From: Trichodesmium erythraeum IMS101
Lineage (GTDB): Bacteria; Cyanobacteriota; Cyanobacteriia; Cyanobacteriales; Microcoleaceae
Length of the DNA stretch: 32,000 nt
Assembly: GCF_000014265.1 (NCBI RefSeq)
Contig: NC_008312.1
Coordinates: 2,280,001-2,312,000 of the forward strand
Reading direction: 5' to 3'
Below the pieces are notes generated by a model. That model did not search any database. It was not told the DNA's origin and saw only the letters and a list, made by a program, of their open reading frames with translations. The position numbers and the translations under genes were made by a program. Below, in pieces: positions 19,029 to 28,652 of this stretch (its first letter is position 1; every line of letters begins with the position of its first letter).

Positions 19029-19990
19029 GTGCGACTCGTTGGCCACTAAACTAGGAAACTAGGTATACATGACCGTTCCAAGTCACCACATGAGGACAAC
19101 CTCGACTTGTGAATAACTCTTATTACCTTGGTGGTGAAATTCCATCTGCCTTGTTGTTGGGTTGACAGCATAGACCACAGGGTAGCGACTGAACATCAAT
19201 CCCTGAAGCTGGTTTAAAAGCGGGAAAATACCAGTTACCTAGGAACGATACCGCAAGCAAAGGTTGACAAGTGGACGAATAGGAAGGTAATAAAACTCTC
19301 GTTACCGCAAACCATTCCAAAGGTAGCTATGGGATGTAGGACGAAAGTCAGAGGGTCAATGAGCATAAGTATTATAAAGCTTAGGTTAACAATCATATAG
19401 CACCCTTCGGGAGATTTTACCCCACTAAATCAATCGTAATAAAGGAATAAGGGAACGAGGAAACCTCTTTAAGACACCTAAGTTAATAGGTCAAAAACTT
19501 AGGAATCCATTCAAGGTCAATCTACACAAAAGATGTAGGTTTTAAGGAGAGTAGGATTGAGTAAGAAGCATAATGTTTGCAGACGTACTCACTGTTAGAC
19601 GTAATGTAGAGTAATAACTAGCTATGAATAAAGCTAAAACCCTAAAAAGAAGTTTAGAAAATCCTGAACCATTTTTAAGTGTGGCATGGGATACAAACGA
19701 TATACCAGATCCATGTAGTGTTAATCCTAATCTTAAATGGAAGGACATTAACTGGAAGAAGGTGGAAAAGTATGTGTTTAAGTTGCAAAAATTAATCTAC
19801 AGAGCATCCAGCCGTGGCGAAATCCGCAAGATGCTTAAATACCAAAAACTTCTGACCAAAAGTTATTACGCCTTGTTGCTAGCTGTTAGACGGGTGACTC
19901 AGGATAACCAGGGTAAGAAAAAGGCGGGTATAGATGGTATAAAAAGTCTACCCCCAATGCAAAGATTTAACCTGGTAGATGTATTAAGCA
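19029..19990 (+). mobile_element. Group II intron, 5' portion only (5' GUGCG, domains I-IV, first ~120 codons of the intron-encoded RT); 3' part missing
   Basis: It starts with the GTGCGAC consensus at 19029. About 595 nt of ORF-free, structured-looking RNA follows. The ORF from 19624 then encodes ...KWKDINWKKVEKYVFKLQKLIYRASSRGEIRKMLKYQKLLTKSYYALLLAVRRVTQDNQGKKKAGIDGIKSLPPMQRFNLV, the RT-0/RT-1 region of group II IEPs. I found no RT palm, maturase X domain, domain V or domain VI downstream. Confidence 0.8.
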
Positions 19991-20118
19991 GCGTAGCAGC
20001 CTACCCTGGACAGAAAGAGTATAAAAATTTAGAGAATAATAGAAAGGAATTGGTGAAAAAGATATATTCAGAAAATTTAGTATTTATAGATGAAACAGAA
20101 TTTAGTAATTATACATGA
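19624..20118 (+). pseudogene. Chimeric ORF: truncated group II intron RT N-terminus fused in frame to an internal fragment of an IS630-like transposase
   Basis: Residues 1 to about 120 are RT-like. Residues about 125-164 (GQKEYKNLENNRKELVKKIYSENLVFIDETEF) look like the segment preceding and including the first catalytic D (xLV(F/Y)IDE(T/A)G) of IS630-family transposases. Confidence 0.65.
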
Positions 20119-20600
20119 AATAGATGTAATGCTAGAACTAACAAGAACCTATATACGTTTATACTAAAAGGATAATAAGTTAATGAAATGAAGCTATTTT
20201 ATTGATGCCATAAAGTTACAGTAATTGGTGCAGTAAATATTAAAGAAGTAGTAGAGTTAATGACAATAAATAATTCAATGGCAACCATGGCATTTAAAGT
20301 ATTTATTGAACATTTTTTTCTCTGCTAGAGTTATGGCTAGGAGAGATAGTTGTGAGGGATAATTTATCTGCACATAAACTAGTATTAATTGAAAAAAAAA
20401 GCACGGAAGCACGGGAGCAGGTCGGGATGGAGCAATAGCTTGGTCACCAACTCCGGTATAGTAAGAATTGCCTTCTGATTTTTCTGCGGCCAGTGTGTCC
20501 ACTCATCCGATCCATGCATGAGCTTGAGCAACCGAACTTCTGGTACTTTTTAAGACTTCTTAACTTGGCTAAAGCTTTTATTTGTCAATGCTTTGAGAAC
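19995..20600 (+). mobile_element. IS630/Tc1-mariner-like transposase remnant (catalytic-core region, multiple frameshifts and stops)
   Basis: Translated fragments across frames: ENLVFIDETEF (20071-20103), VIGAVNIKEVVELMTINNSMATMAFKVFIEHFF (about 20215-20320), and VVRDNLSAHK (about 20349-20378). A GC-richer tail follows with degraded YL.PYSPDF-like and WS-like segments. Confidence 0.55.
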
Positions 20601-20635
20601 TAATCCACTAGCCTTAACTGTTTTCTACTATTTAT

Positions 20636-21247
20636 TTATTCCTTAATAGGAGATATAGGTTGAGAATTAGAGGGATTACGGTTATAAACTTGGTCTATTA
20701 TTCCGTATTCCATTGCTTCTGTGGCTGACATAAAAAAGTCTCTTTCTGTATCTTCGGTAATTTTTTCTATAGATTGGCCTGTGTGTTCTGCTAAACATTC
20801 ATTAAGATATTTTTTGAGGTATAAAATCTCTTTTGCTTGGATTTCAATATCTGTGGCTTGACCTTGGGCACCACCTAATGGTTGATGAATCATAATTCGG
20901 GAGTGGGGTAGACTCATTCTTTTGCCTTTTGTTCCTCCACTCAGAAGAAATGCTCCCATACTAGCAGCTATTCCCATACAAATAGTACAGACATCAGGTC
21001 GAACGTGTCTCATGGTGTCATAAATACCCATCCCGGCACTAACAGAACCGCCAGGAGAGTTTATATAGAGATAAATATCTTTTTCTGGGTCTTCTGAGTC
21101 TAAATATAATAATTGGCCTACGATTAGGTTGGCCAATTCAGAGTCTATCGCTTCTCCTAGATAGATTATGCGATCGCGTAATAGTCGAGAGTAAATATCG
21201 AAGGCTCTTTCGCCACGGCCAGATTGTTCAATAACGGTTGGAATCAT
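20636..21247 (-). CDS. clpP: ATP-dependent Clp protease proteolytic subunit
   Basis: 203 aa with strong ClpP signature: [19 protein letters not shown], the catalytic Ser in [11 protein letters not shown], His in IMIHQPLGG, and Asp in ERDFFMSA. One HIP1 site lies inside. Confidence 0.95.
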   Translation of the reverse strand: MIPTVIEQSGRGERAFDIYSRLLRDRIIYLGEAIDSELANLIVGQLLYLDSEDPEKDIYLYINSPGGSVSAGMGIYDTMRHVRPDVCTICMGIAASMGAFLLSGGTKGKRMSLPHSRIMIHQPLGGAQGQATDIEIQAKEILYLKKYLNECLAEHTGQSIEKITEDTERDFFMSATEAMEYGIIDQVYNRNPSNSQPISPIKE

Positions 21248-22942
21248 ATTTTTTCAGCTAAAAGTTAAAATTCAAAGTGAAAATTATTGGTGCTGTTTAA
21301 TATATAATATAATATTTGTCAATATTTTTAAGGTACGGTTATTTTTATTTTTTTTCTATTCTCTTTTATCTGTTTCTGTAAGTATTTGGCTCTCAGCTAT
21401 CAGCTTCATTACTTTTAGTTGAAAGTAGAGCTGGTCGTTTTTGTACTTCAATTATATGGTAAAAAATGTAGTATAAGTTAAACAAATGCTTGCTTCATTT
21501 ATTAAAATGCTGAGAGCTAACTGTTAATACTTAAATACCTTTCAGTATTTCTAGAATTGGTATTTCCTTATGGGATGTAAATTACTAATATTATAGCACA
21601 ATAGTTACTATAGTTAGTAGATATTAAGTATTAAATTATTATCTTATAATACCATTTCTCATATATTAATTCTACCCTTTAAAAGTAGCTAAAATAACTA
21701 CAGAAATCACAAAAAGTAGTTAACCACAAATAATGGTTAATAAATAATTTTTCAAAATATCAAGCTCAAGTTGAGCAAAACAAAGTTTTTCATAAGTTGG
21801 TATTCAATAATTATATTTTAATCAATATCTAATTTGATTGAGAGTTTATTATAACTCTAAGCTACTTACACTAAATAAAATTTCCCATCAGTATTTTTTT
21901 ATTTAATAGAATAGATAATAATACATTTAAAAAAATATTATATTTGATAATTTTCAACTAAATTTATAACCAGTTAATTAATATTAGGAACATATAATAT
22001 CAAAATTTTGATTTGACTAATAACTACAAAAAGTTAAGAATAAATTTTATCCTATTTCCTTATTTTTAACATATATAGAGCTGATATTAAATCATTTTGA
22101 TTGATGAATCCACACTTTGAGAAAATCAGGAAATTTTTGGTCAAATAAAGACGCTCATAACTATAAAATTTCTCAAAAATAACATTACTTAGTTCTGTGA
22201 TATATTGAGACATTTAACTAATAACTATTCTTTGATAAAACAAGTGTAATGAGGCTTACAAGTTAAAAGTTTTTAGAATATCTCCTTATTAAAATGAATT
22301 TAGTGTAACTAGAGAAATACAACTTATTTTTTGCCCGTTTAATTATCAAAATTCAAAACTTTTTAGGGTCAGCTACATAAAATTATTAGCATTATTAATT
22401 CCGGAATTTTATTATTAATTATCAGCTTAAATTATAGCTAATCTTAAGTTAGTTATAGTTATAAGGAAGAGTATAAAATTATCTTAATTAATGTTAATTA
22501 GAAAATATGTTTATATTTAATGATAAAATCAACATATAGCAATTTCCACACTGTTAAGATACAAAATTTATTTGTTTTACTAGGGAAGCTGCATGAAACA
22601 TCCATTAAACAGTAGTAATTTTTAAAACAGAGTATAGAAAAGAAAAAAAACTTTATCTCAGTAAGTTGAGAAACGTTATATTAAGACGGATTTACTCAAA
22701 CAATAAATCCTGTTTATTGTCCTAATTATTGTTTTTCATATCAATATCTATCAGACCACTTTGACAAATTTTATAGACTGAATTAATAAGCACTTATACA
22801 AAATTATTGACAAAGTACGGTATTTACACAAGTGTTTTATTTCAGTTTCAATCAATATGTAATTCCTAATTGTTTACCTACTTAACTACTTTTATTTTTA
22901 TGGCTAAGGTGCTGATAGTTGATAGCTGAATACTTACTTTCT

Positions 22943-24043
22943 TTAAACTTTAATAAACAAACTGCGACGATACATTAAATCAGAAATTTTCCACCAAAAT
23001 AATAAATTGACAATAGCAAAGAGTAAAGAACCATTAAATGAACCTGCCCAAGATTGAAAAAAATGTTCATATATCCATATTTTAATTGTAGGGGAATTTT
23101 CAGCTCTATTAATATTATTATAAATCATTACCCTGGCCAAAAATCCAGAGCCAATAAATATAAATATGGCATTTAATCCCATCACTTCAAATGGATGTCC
23201 CCATTTATGCCAGCCTCGAACCTCCATGGCCTGATAACAAATAGCTAAAAACAGCAAGGCCCATCCGGCAGTAAATATTACATAAGAACTTGTCCATAAA
23301 GCTTTATTAATGGGAAAAAATAGTCCCCAAAGATACCCGACTACTAAACAACTTAGACCAGAAATTACCATATTTAAGGTAGTACGACTGTTTGTTGATT
23401 GATGTTTGAGCCATTCTCCTGTAAGGTAACCAATCAAAACAGTTACTATAGCTGGTAAGGTGCTAAAAAGTCCTTCTGGGTCGTATTGTTTGCCTGCCCA
23501 CAAATGTTGTTGAGTTAGGATCAAGCGATCAATATAGGCAGCAAAGTTTCCTTCTGGAGAAAGGTTCCCAAGACCATAACCAGGAACAGGTATTAGTTGC
23601 ATGGCTATCCAGTATCCAATTAGCAGGGTAGTGGCAAGTCCATAAAGTTGTTTTCGGGACAAGTTAAGGATGGCTATTGCTGCGAGAAGATAGACTAGAC
23701 TAATACGTTGTAATACTCCCATAACCCTAATAGTGGCTAAGTTGTAATTAGGAAAGCCATTTAGTAGCAAACCAAACAGGAAAATTATGAGGCATCGGCG
23801 GAAAATTCTTTGGTAAATGTGTGGAATAGGTTGATTTTTATCGGTGTATTTTGACAGGGAAAAGGTCATAGCTACACCCATGATAAATAAGAAGAAGGGA
23901 AATATTAAATCTGTGGGAGTACAACCATGCCATTTTGCATGAAGTAAGGGTGGATAAACATGATTCCAACTGCCTGGGTTATTAACAATAATCATACTAG
24001 CAATTGTGATGCCACGAAATACATCGAGAGATTTTAGGCGCAT
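22943..24043 (-). CDS. Polytopic membrane protein of the DUF5009/DUF1624 (heparan-alpha-glucosaminide N-acetyltransferase-like) acyltransferase family
   Basis: The N-terminal motif R(L)KSLDVFRGITIASMIIVNNPGSW is typical of this family. About 10 hydrophobic helices follow. Confidence 0.7.
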   Translation of the reverse strand: MRLKSLDVFRGITIASMIIVNNPGSWNHVYPPLLHAKWHGCTPTDLIFPFFLFIMGVAMTFSLSKYTDKNQPIPHIYQRIFRRCLIIFLFGLLLNGFPNYNLATIRVMGVLQRISLVYLLAAIAILNLSRKQLYGLATTLLIGYWIAMQLIPVPGYGLGNLSPEGNFAAYIDRLILTQQHLWAGKQYDPEGLFSTLPAIVTVLIGYLTGEWLKHQSTNSRTTLNMVISGLSCLVVGYLWGLFFPINKALWTSSYVIFTAGWALLFLAICYQAMEVRGWHKWGHPFEVMGLNAIFIFIGSGFLARVMIYNNINRAENSPTIKIWIYEHFFQSWAGSFNGSLLFAIVNLLFWWKISDLMYRRSLFIKV

Positions 24044-24393
24044 TTTGATTTTAGTTTTTATAGTAGGAGATTATACTAAGTCATTTTGGTTATTATTGGC
24101 AAGAAAAGCTATTTTATTAAACAGGTAAATAATTAGGAATTATCAACTTAAAAAACTAAAAATATAATCCTTTTATAGGTATCACGTTTTATCAAAAATT
24201 TTATATCGGCAATTATAATTTATTAGTAAATATTATACCTTTTAATTTATATATTTATTGGATTTCATATTTCTCTATAAATTAAGTTGATTTTGACTGT
24301 AAAAATAAGGTATAATTTAGTAAGTAATAAAAAAATATTTAATCAAATAATATAATTCAATAATTATAATTTTTTGAGAAATTAAATTTAACT

Positions 24394-25170
24394 ATGGCTA
24401 ATAATAAAACTGGTATTGAATGGACGGACAGGACTTGGAATCCTACCACAGGTTGTGATAAAGTTAGTCCTGGTTGTGCTCATTGTTATGCAGAAGCAAT
24501 TACAAAACGTTTTACTAATAATTTTCCTGAAGGGTTTACTTTGAAACTGCATCCTGAGCGTTTAAAGCAACCATTAAGTTGGCGTACTCCTAAGCGAGTT
24601 TTTGTTAATTCAATGAGCGATATTTTCCATGAAGATGTTGATCTTGATTTTATCAAACAAGTATTTAAAATAATTGGCAAAACCCCTTGGCATATTTATC
24701 AAGTTTTGACGAAAAGACATGAACGTTTGGTTGAACTAGCACCTCAATTAGAATGGCATGAAAATATTTGGATGGGTGTATCGGTGGAAAGTCAAAATTA
24801 TGTTCATCGTGTTGATTATTTACGGCAAGTACCTGCTAATGTGAGATTCCTTTCTTGTGAACCCCTTTTAGGGGATTTACAACTTAATTTAATTGATATT
24901 AATTGGGTAATTGTAGGTGGTGAATCTGGTAATAAATATCGTCCGATGAAAGAGGAATGGGTAAAAGGTATTTATGAACAATGTCAAGCTGCTGATGTAG
25001 CTTTTTTCTTTAAACAATGGGGAGGTAGAACTCCTAAAACTTTAGGCAGAATTTTTAATGGAAAAGTTTGGGATGAAATGCCAGAAGTGTGGAATAAATA
25101 TCAAAAAAAATGGAGGGGGTGCAAGGTAGAATATAAGGGTAAATCTAGAAAAGAAAAGATTTATGTTTAG
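24394..25170 (+). CDS. DUF5131 (phage Gp37/Gp68 family) protein with a three-Cys motif
   Basis: The N-terminus GIEWTDRTWNPTTGCDKVSPGCAHCYAE (C-x6-C-x2-C) and later motifs VFVNSMSDIFHE, QVLTKR, FLSCEPLLG, WVIVGGESG and FFFKQWGG match the PF07505/DUF5131 pattern as I recall it. Confidence 0.85.
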   Translation: MANNKTGIEWTDRTWNPTTGCDKVSPGCAHCYAEAITKRFTNNFPEGFTLKLHPERLKQPLSWRTPKRVFVNSMSDIFHEDVDLDFIKQVFKIIGKTPWHIYQVLTKRHERLVELAPQLEWHENIWMGVSVESQNYVHRVDYLRQVPANVRFLSCEPLLGDLQLNLIDINWVIVGGESGNKYRPMKEEWVKGIYEQCQAADVAFFFKQWGGRTPKTLGRIFNGKVWDEMPEVWNKYQKKWRGCKVEYKGKSRKEKIYV

Positions 25171-26273
25171 GGGAATATAACTTCTACTTTGTCTCCAAAT
25201 GTATCTTTTTTACGCTTAGATGGGTTTGTAATAATTTTTCCTTCAGCTTCCAATTTTAGTAGGGTATCTTTGTAATTCTTTTTAATATATCGCTTGTCTA
25301 CATGATGTTGATCATAGATATCTATCATTTTAATTGTCTGACCTGCAAAGTCATTTAAAAGCATATTTTTTAACTCATCAAGTGGTCGGAATAGTTCAAA
25401 AAGTAAAGGTTGATATTCTGTTGCTGGATTATACTCAAAAGCTGGTACGCCTTGTTCAGAAGATGAACTTTCCTTAGCCATAATTTCTTTCATAATTGAG
25501 TATCCTCGAATATGCTTTGATATAAAAATAAGATGATGGCTAGTTCTTCTTCCTTTAGCATTTCTAAAGCGAAAAGGTAATACATATTCACCACCAATAT
25601 TTTTGAGTTCTTGAGATATATTTTCAATGATAATTAATTCTCTCTCGTGTGGCTTAATTCTTTTTCTTTTAATTTCTTCTTTAAGCTTATTAAATCTTTG
25701 TTCACCAAACAACGCTTTCATGTGTTTTTCTACTTTCTGATTTTCTAAGCCCATATTTATTCTGTTGTAATTAAAGAATAGTATACAATCACAACCCCAA
25801 TCTTTAATTACTAAACGTATTAGTTCACGAGATATGCCTTTATAACCCCAAGGATCAATAAAAAAAAGTTTAGGTAGATTACTAATTTTTTTAATTAATT
25901 GAAGAAATTGTTCTCCTACTTCTGTATTTAAAATTTGTGGTTGATGTTTTAAATTTTCGATATTTTCGAGAGATTTTATTGCTTGTTAAAGCGACTTTGT
26001 ATTATCAGAATTTTTATCGTTAAAAATAGTAATTAGTTTCTCTCCCATGTCTTGATCAGCAATAGCACGTTCTAAAATTAGTAATGGTGTAGATTTTGAA
26101 CCATCTTGATAACGACCTGGCCCAGAAAAAAGATCGATATATGCAATATTTGTATTCTTTTTTTTCGCTTGTGGTATTATGACCTTTGCCCAAGCCCAAA
26201 AATATTTAGCTACAATTTCAGCTTTGACTAAAGATGTTTCTGTAGACTTATCAAAAAAAGAATTATTTGTCAT
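25167..26273 (-). pseudogene. Three-Cys-motif partner protein TcmP-like gene, a single reading frame interrupted by one in-frame TAA
   Basis: The track ORFs 25986..26273 and 25167..25754 are in the same frame. The 231 nt between them is also open in that frame (QAIKSLENIENLKHQPQILNTEVGEQFLQLIKKISNLPKLFFIDPWGYKGISRELIRLVIKDWGCDCILFFNYNRIN). The only interruption is TAA at 25986-25988, with 95 codons before it and 272 open codons after it. The IDLFSGPG and FIDPWGY motifs resemble SAM-MTase-fold motifs I and IV. The position next to a DUF5131 gene fits the TcmP family definition. Confidence 0.7.
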
Positions 26274-26461
26274 AATTTAGATATTAGTATTATTTATAAA
26301 ATTAAATTTTTGTTAAAACTCAACAATTTTAGGCTAGATGTATTCTAGAGTTTAAAAAAAAGGTTAAATTAATTAAGTATTATATTCAATTATATAGCAA
26401 TCCTATTGAAGTTGTAATATTTTAGTCAAACTCAGGAGTCAGGAATCAGAATAAGAGTTAA

Positions 26462-26485
26462 TATTAACTCTTATAAGTGCTGATA
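26462..26485. promoter_or_regulatory. Perfect 24-bp palindrome in the divergent intergenic region between tcmP and the TPR-oxygenase gene
   Basis: ATAAGAGTTAAT|ATTAACTCTTAT is an exact 12+12 inverted repeat. It is preceded by the short tandem tcagga-g-tcagga-a-tcag. Confidence 0.45.
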
Positions 26486-26691
26486 CAAAATTAATTAGCT
26501 AACTTTATTCCCAGTGATTTTTACATTTGTAGTCTGTTCAGTAGCTCAAGTATTTGTAATTAATTTTGTATAACTTATTAAAAAGTATTATAGCCAATGG
26601 GAGGACTGTTATATTTTGAAAATTATTCAAAAATTTAATTCTATTTACTATTTAAAAAAAATCAGCTTAATATTAGTACTAGGATAGAACT

Positions 26692-28485
26692 ATGAACAGA
26701 GAACAAAAAAGAAAAGCAGTAAAAAATAAAAGTCAAAAAATACTCAATAATAATATCCCAGAAAATGCCTTATATCGTGCTTTATCTTTTCATAAAAACG
26801 GAGAATTGCAAAAAGCAAAAGTTATCTATGAAAAAATTATTCAGTTGGAACCAAATAATTCTCAAGTCTTAAATTATCTGGGGGTACTTAAAGCACAAAT
26901 GGGAGATAATAAGAGTGCTATAAGTTTAATAAAGAAAGCTGTTAATCTAGAACCATTAAATTTTAAATACCTCAATAATCTCGGCAATACTTATCGCGCC
27001 TTTGAACAACTTGATAATGCTATTGACTGTTATAAACGTGCGATTCAGGCAGATAAAAATTCTGCTGAATATCACCTAAACTTAGGTATTGCTTTGACCG
27101 AAAAAGGAATCATAGAAGAAGCGATCGCTTCCCTAGAAAAAGCTTTAACTATTAATCCAAATTATCAGCAAGTTAACATGGCTCTAGGAGATATATTTCA
27201 GACTCAAGGGAAATTAGATAAAGCAATATCTTCTTACATAAAAGCTCTCTCAATAGATCCAAAATATTCAAAGAATCAAAATCCCAATAATTTTGATGCT
27301 CTATTATCTTTAGGCATGGCACTTTATCGCCGTGGAAACCTCAAAGAATCACAAATAACTTATGAACAAGCATTAGAAATTAATCCTCATTCCACAGAAT
27401 GCTTGACTAATATTGCTGCTACTTTTTATGAGCAGGGAAGAGTTGATATAGCTGAAGCTTGTTATCAAGCTGTTGTTGATTTAATTCCTACTTCTACTGA
27501 TGCTCATATAAATTTGGGTTTTCTGTTAAGCCAACAGGAAAAATATGACGAAGCAATTGAGTGTTATAAAGCAGCATTGAAGCAGGATCAAAATTCTGTT
27601 AATGCTATAGCAGGTCTAGCAGAAGTTTTCGGAAAAAAATCTGACTGGAAAACAGTCTTTCAACTATATCAAAAAATTCTGAAACTTGATTCTAACTCTG
27701 CTGATGCTTATGCAAAACTAGGAATATCTTTGCGAGAAATAGGTAAATCTAAAGAAGCAATTCCTCAATTTGAAAAAGCTATAAGTATTAATAATAGACA
27801 TATTAAAGCTTATGCTAATTTGGGTTTAGCTTTGCAAGATGTAGGCAAACAGTCTGAAGCTAAATTTATTTTTGACTATTCAGAATTAGTAGCTAAATAC
27901 CAGTTTACTAGTATAGAAGGATGGCAAAATTTGACAGCTTATAATCATGACTTGAAAGATTATATTGTTCGACATCCTACTCTTTTAAAAAATCGACCAG
28001 GCAAACCCATAAATAAAGGTAGTCAAACTTATGAAATTTTTACAGATAATACTCCTGTAATAACAGCACTAAGAAAAAAAATTAATAGTTATCTAGAAGA
28101 TTATTTTAGTCGTTTCACTTCTAATTCTAACTATCAATTTTTTCATAATATACCCTTAGATTGGAAACTCAGTGGTTGGGCAGTTGTTTTAGAATCAGAA
28201 GGATTTCAATCTTCTCATATTCATCCTGAAAGTTATTGCAGTGGCGTTTATTATATTCAAGTTCCTAATACTATTAAAGAAAATAATTCTGAAGCAGGTC
28301 ACTTAAATTTTGAAACTTGCTTTTCTTCAAAGTTAGATATGAAAAATTCAGATAAATATCAGGTTAAACCACAAGCAGGATTATTAGTAATTTTTCCTTC
28401 TTATTTTTGGCACTCTACTATTCCATTTATTGGAGATAGTGAGAGAATTTGTATTTCGTTTAATATGGTTCCTGTGAGTAGCTAA
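26692..28485 (+). CDS. TPR-repeat protein fused to a C-terminal 2OG-Fe(II) oxygenase-like domain (PF13759-type)
   Basis: The N-terminal ~390 aa are TPR units. The C-terminus has GFQSSHIHPESYCSGVYYIQVP...KPQAGLLVIFPSYFWHSTIPF...ERICISFN, i.e. the H-x-(D/H)...H jelly-roll pattern of the putative 2OG-Fe(II) oxygenase family. One HIP1 site lies inside. Confidence 0.8.
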   Translation: MNREQKRKAVKNKSQKILNNNIPENALYRALSFHKNGELQKAKVIYEKIIQLEPNNSQVLNYLGVLKAQMGDNKSAISLIKKAVNLEPLNFKYLNNLGNTYRAFEQLDNAIDCYKRAIQADKNSAEYHLNLGIALTEKGIIEEAIASLEKALTINPNYQQVNMALGDIFQTQGKLDKAISSYIKALSIDPKYSKNQNPNNFDALLSLGMALYRRGNLKESQITYEQALEINPHSTECLTNIAATFYEQGRVDIAEACYQAVVDLIPTSTDAHINLGFLLSQQEKYDEAIECYKAALKQDQNSVNAIAGLAEVFGKKSDWKTVFQLYQKILKLDSNSADAYAKLGISLREIGKSKEAIPQFEKAISINNRHIKAYANLGLALQDVGKQSEAKFIFDYSELVAKYQFTSIEGWQNLTAYNHDLKDYIVRHPTLLKNRPGKPINKGSQTYEIFTDNTPVITALRKKINSYLEDYFSRFTSNSNYQFFHNIPLDWKLSGWAVVLESEGFQSSHIHPESYCSGVYYIQVPNTIKENNSEAGHLNFETCFSSKLDMKNSDKYQVKPQAGLLVIFPSYFWHSTIPFIGDSERICISFNMVPVSS

Positions 28486-28526
28486 AATTCTCTGATGTCA
28501 TGGTAAATGTTAATCATGTGTCTGAG
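28484..28526 (+). repeat. Copy 1 of a ~42 nt direct repeat (3 copies upstream of ppa)
   Basis: aaaattctctgatgtcatggtaaatgttaatcatgtgtctgag. It overlaps the stop codon of the upstream gene. Confidence 0.7.
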
Positions 28527-28610
28527 TTTCTGAGACTCTGCTATTTAATTTTATATATATAGAAAATCGCAAAATTTGTATTTCATTTATCTACTGCCGA
28601 ATGGTAAATC

Positions 28611-28652
28611 AAATTTTCTGATATTTGGCTAAATATTAGTCATCTGTTCCTA
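28611..28652 (+). repeat. Copy 2 of the ~42 nt direct repeat
   Basis: aaattttctgatatttggctaaatattagtcatctgttccta aligns with copies 1 and 3. Shared blocks are AAAWTTCTCT, TGGNTAAATRTTARTCATNTGT. Confidence 0.7.

Noticed and set aside
19123-20502. Track ORFs 19123..19320(-), 19542..19748(-), 20275..20502(-), and 14439..14678(+)
   Set aside because: They fall within group II intron RNA domains or the IS630 remnant (or, for 14439..14678, the second intron relic and the rnr tail). They show no protein-family features and are best explained as chance ORFs in non-coding or decayed sequence.
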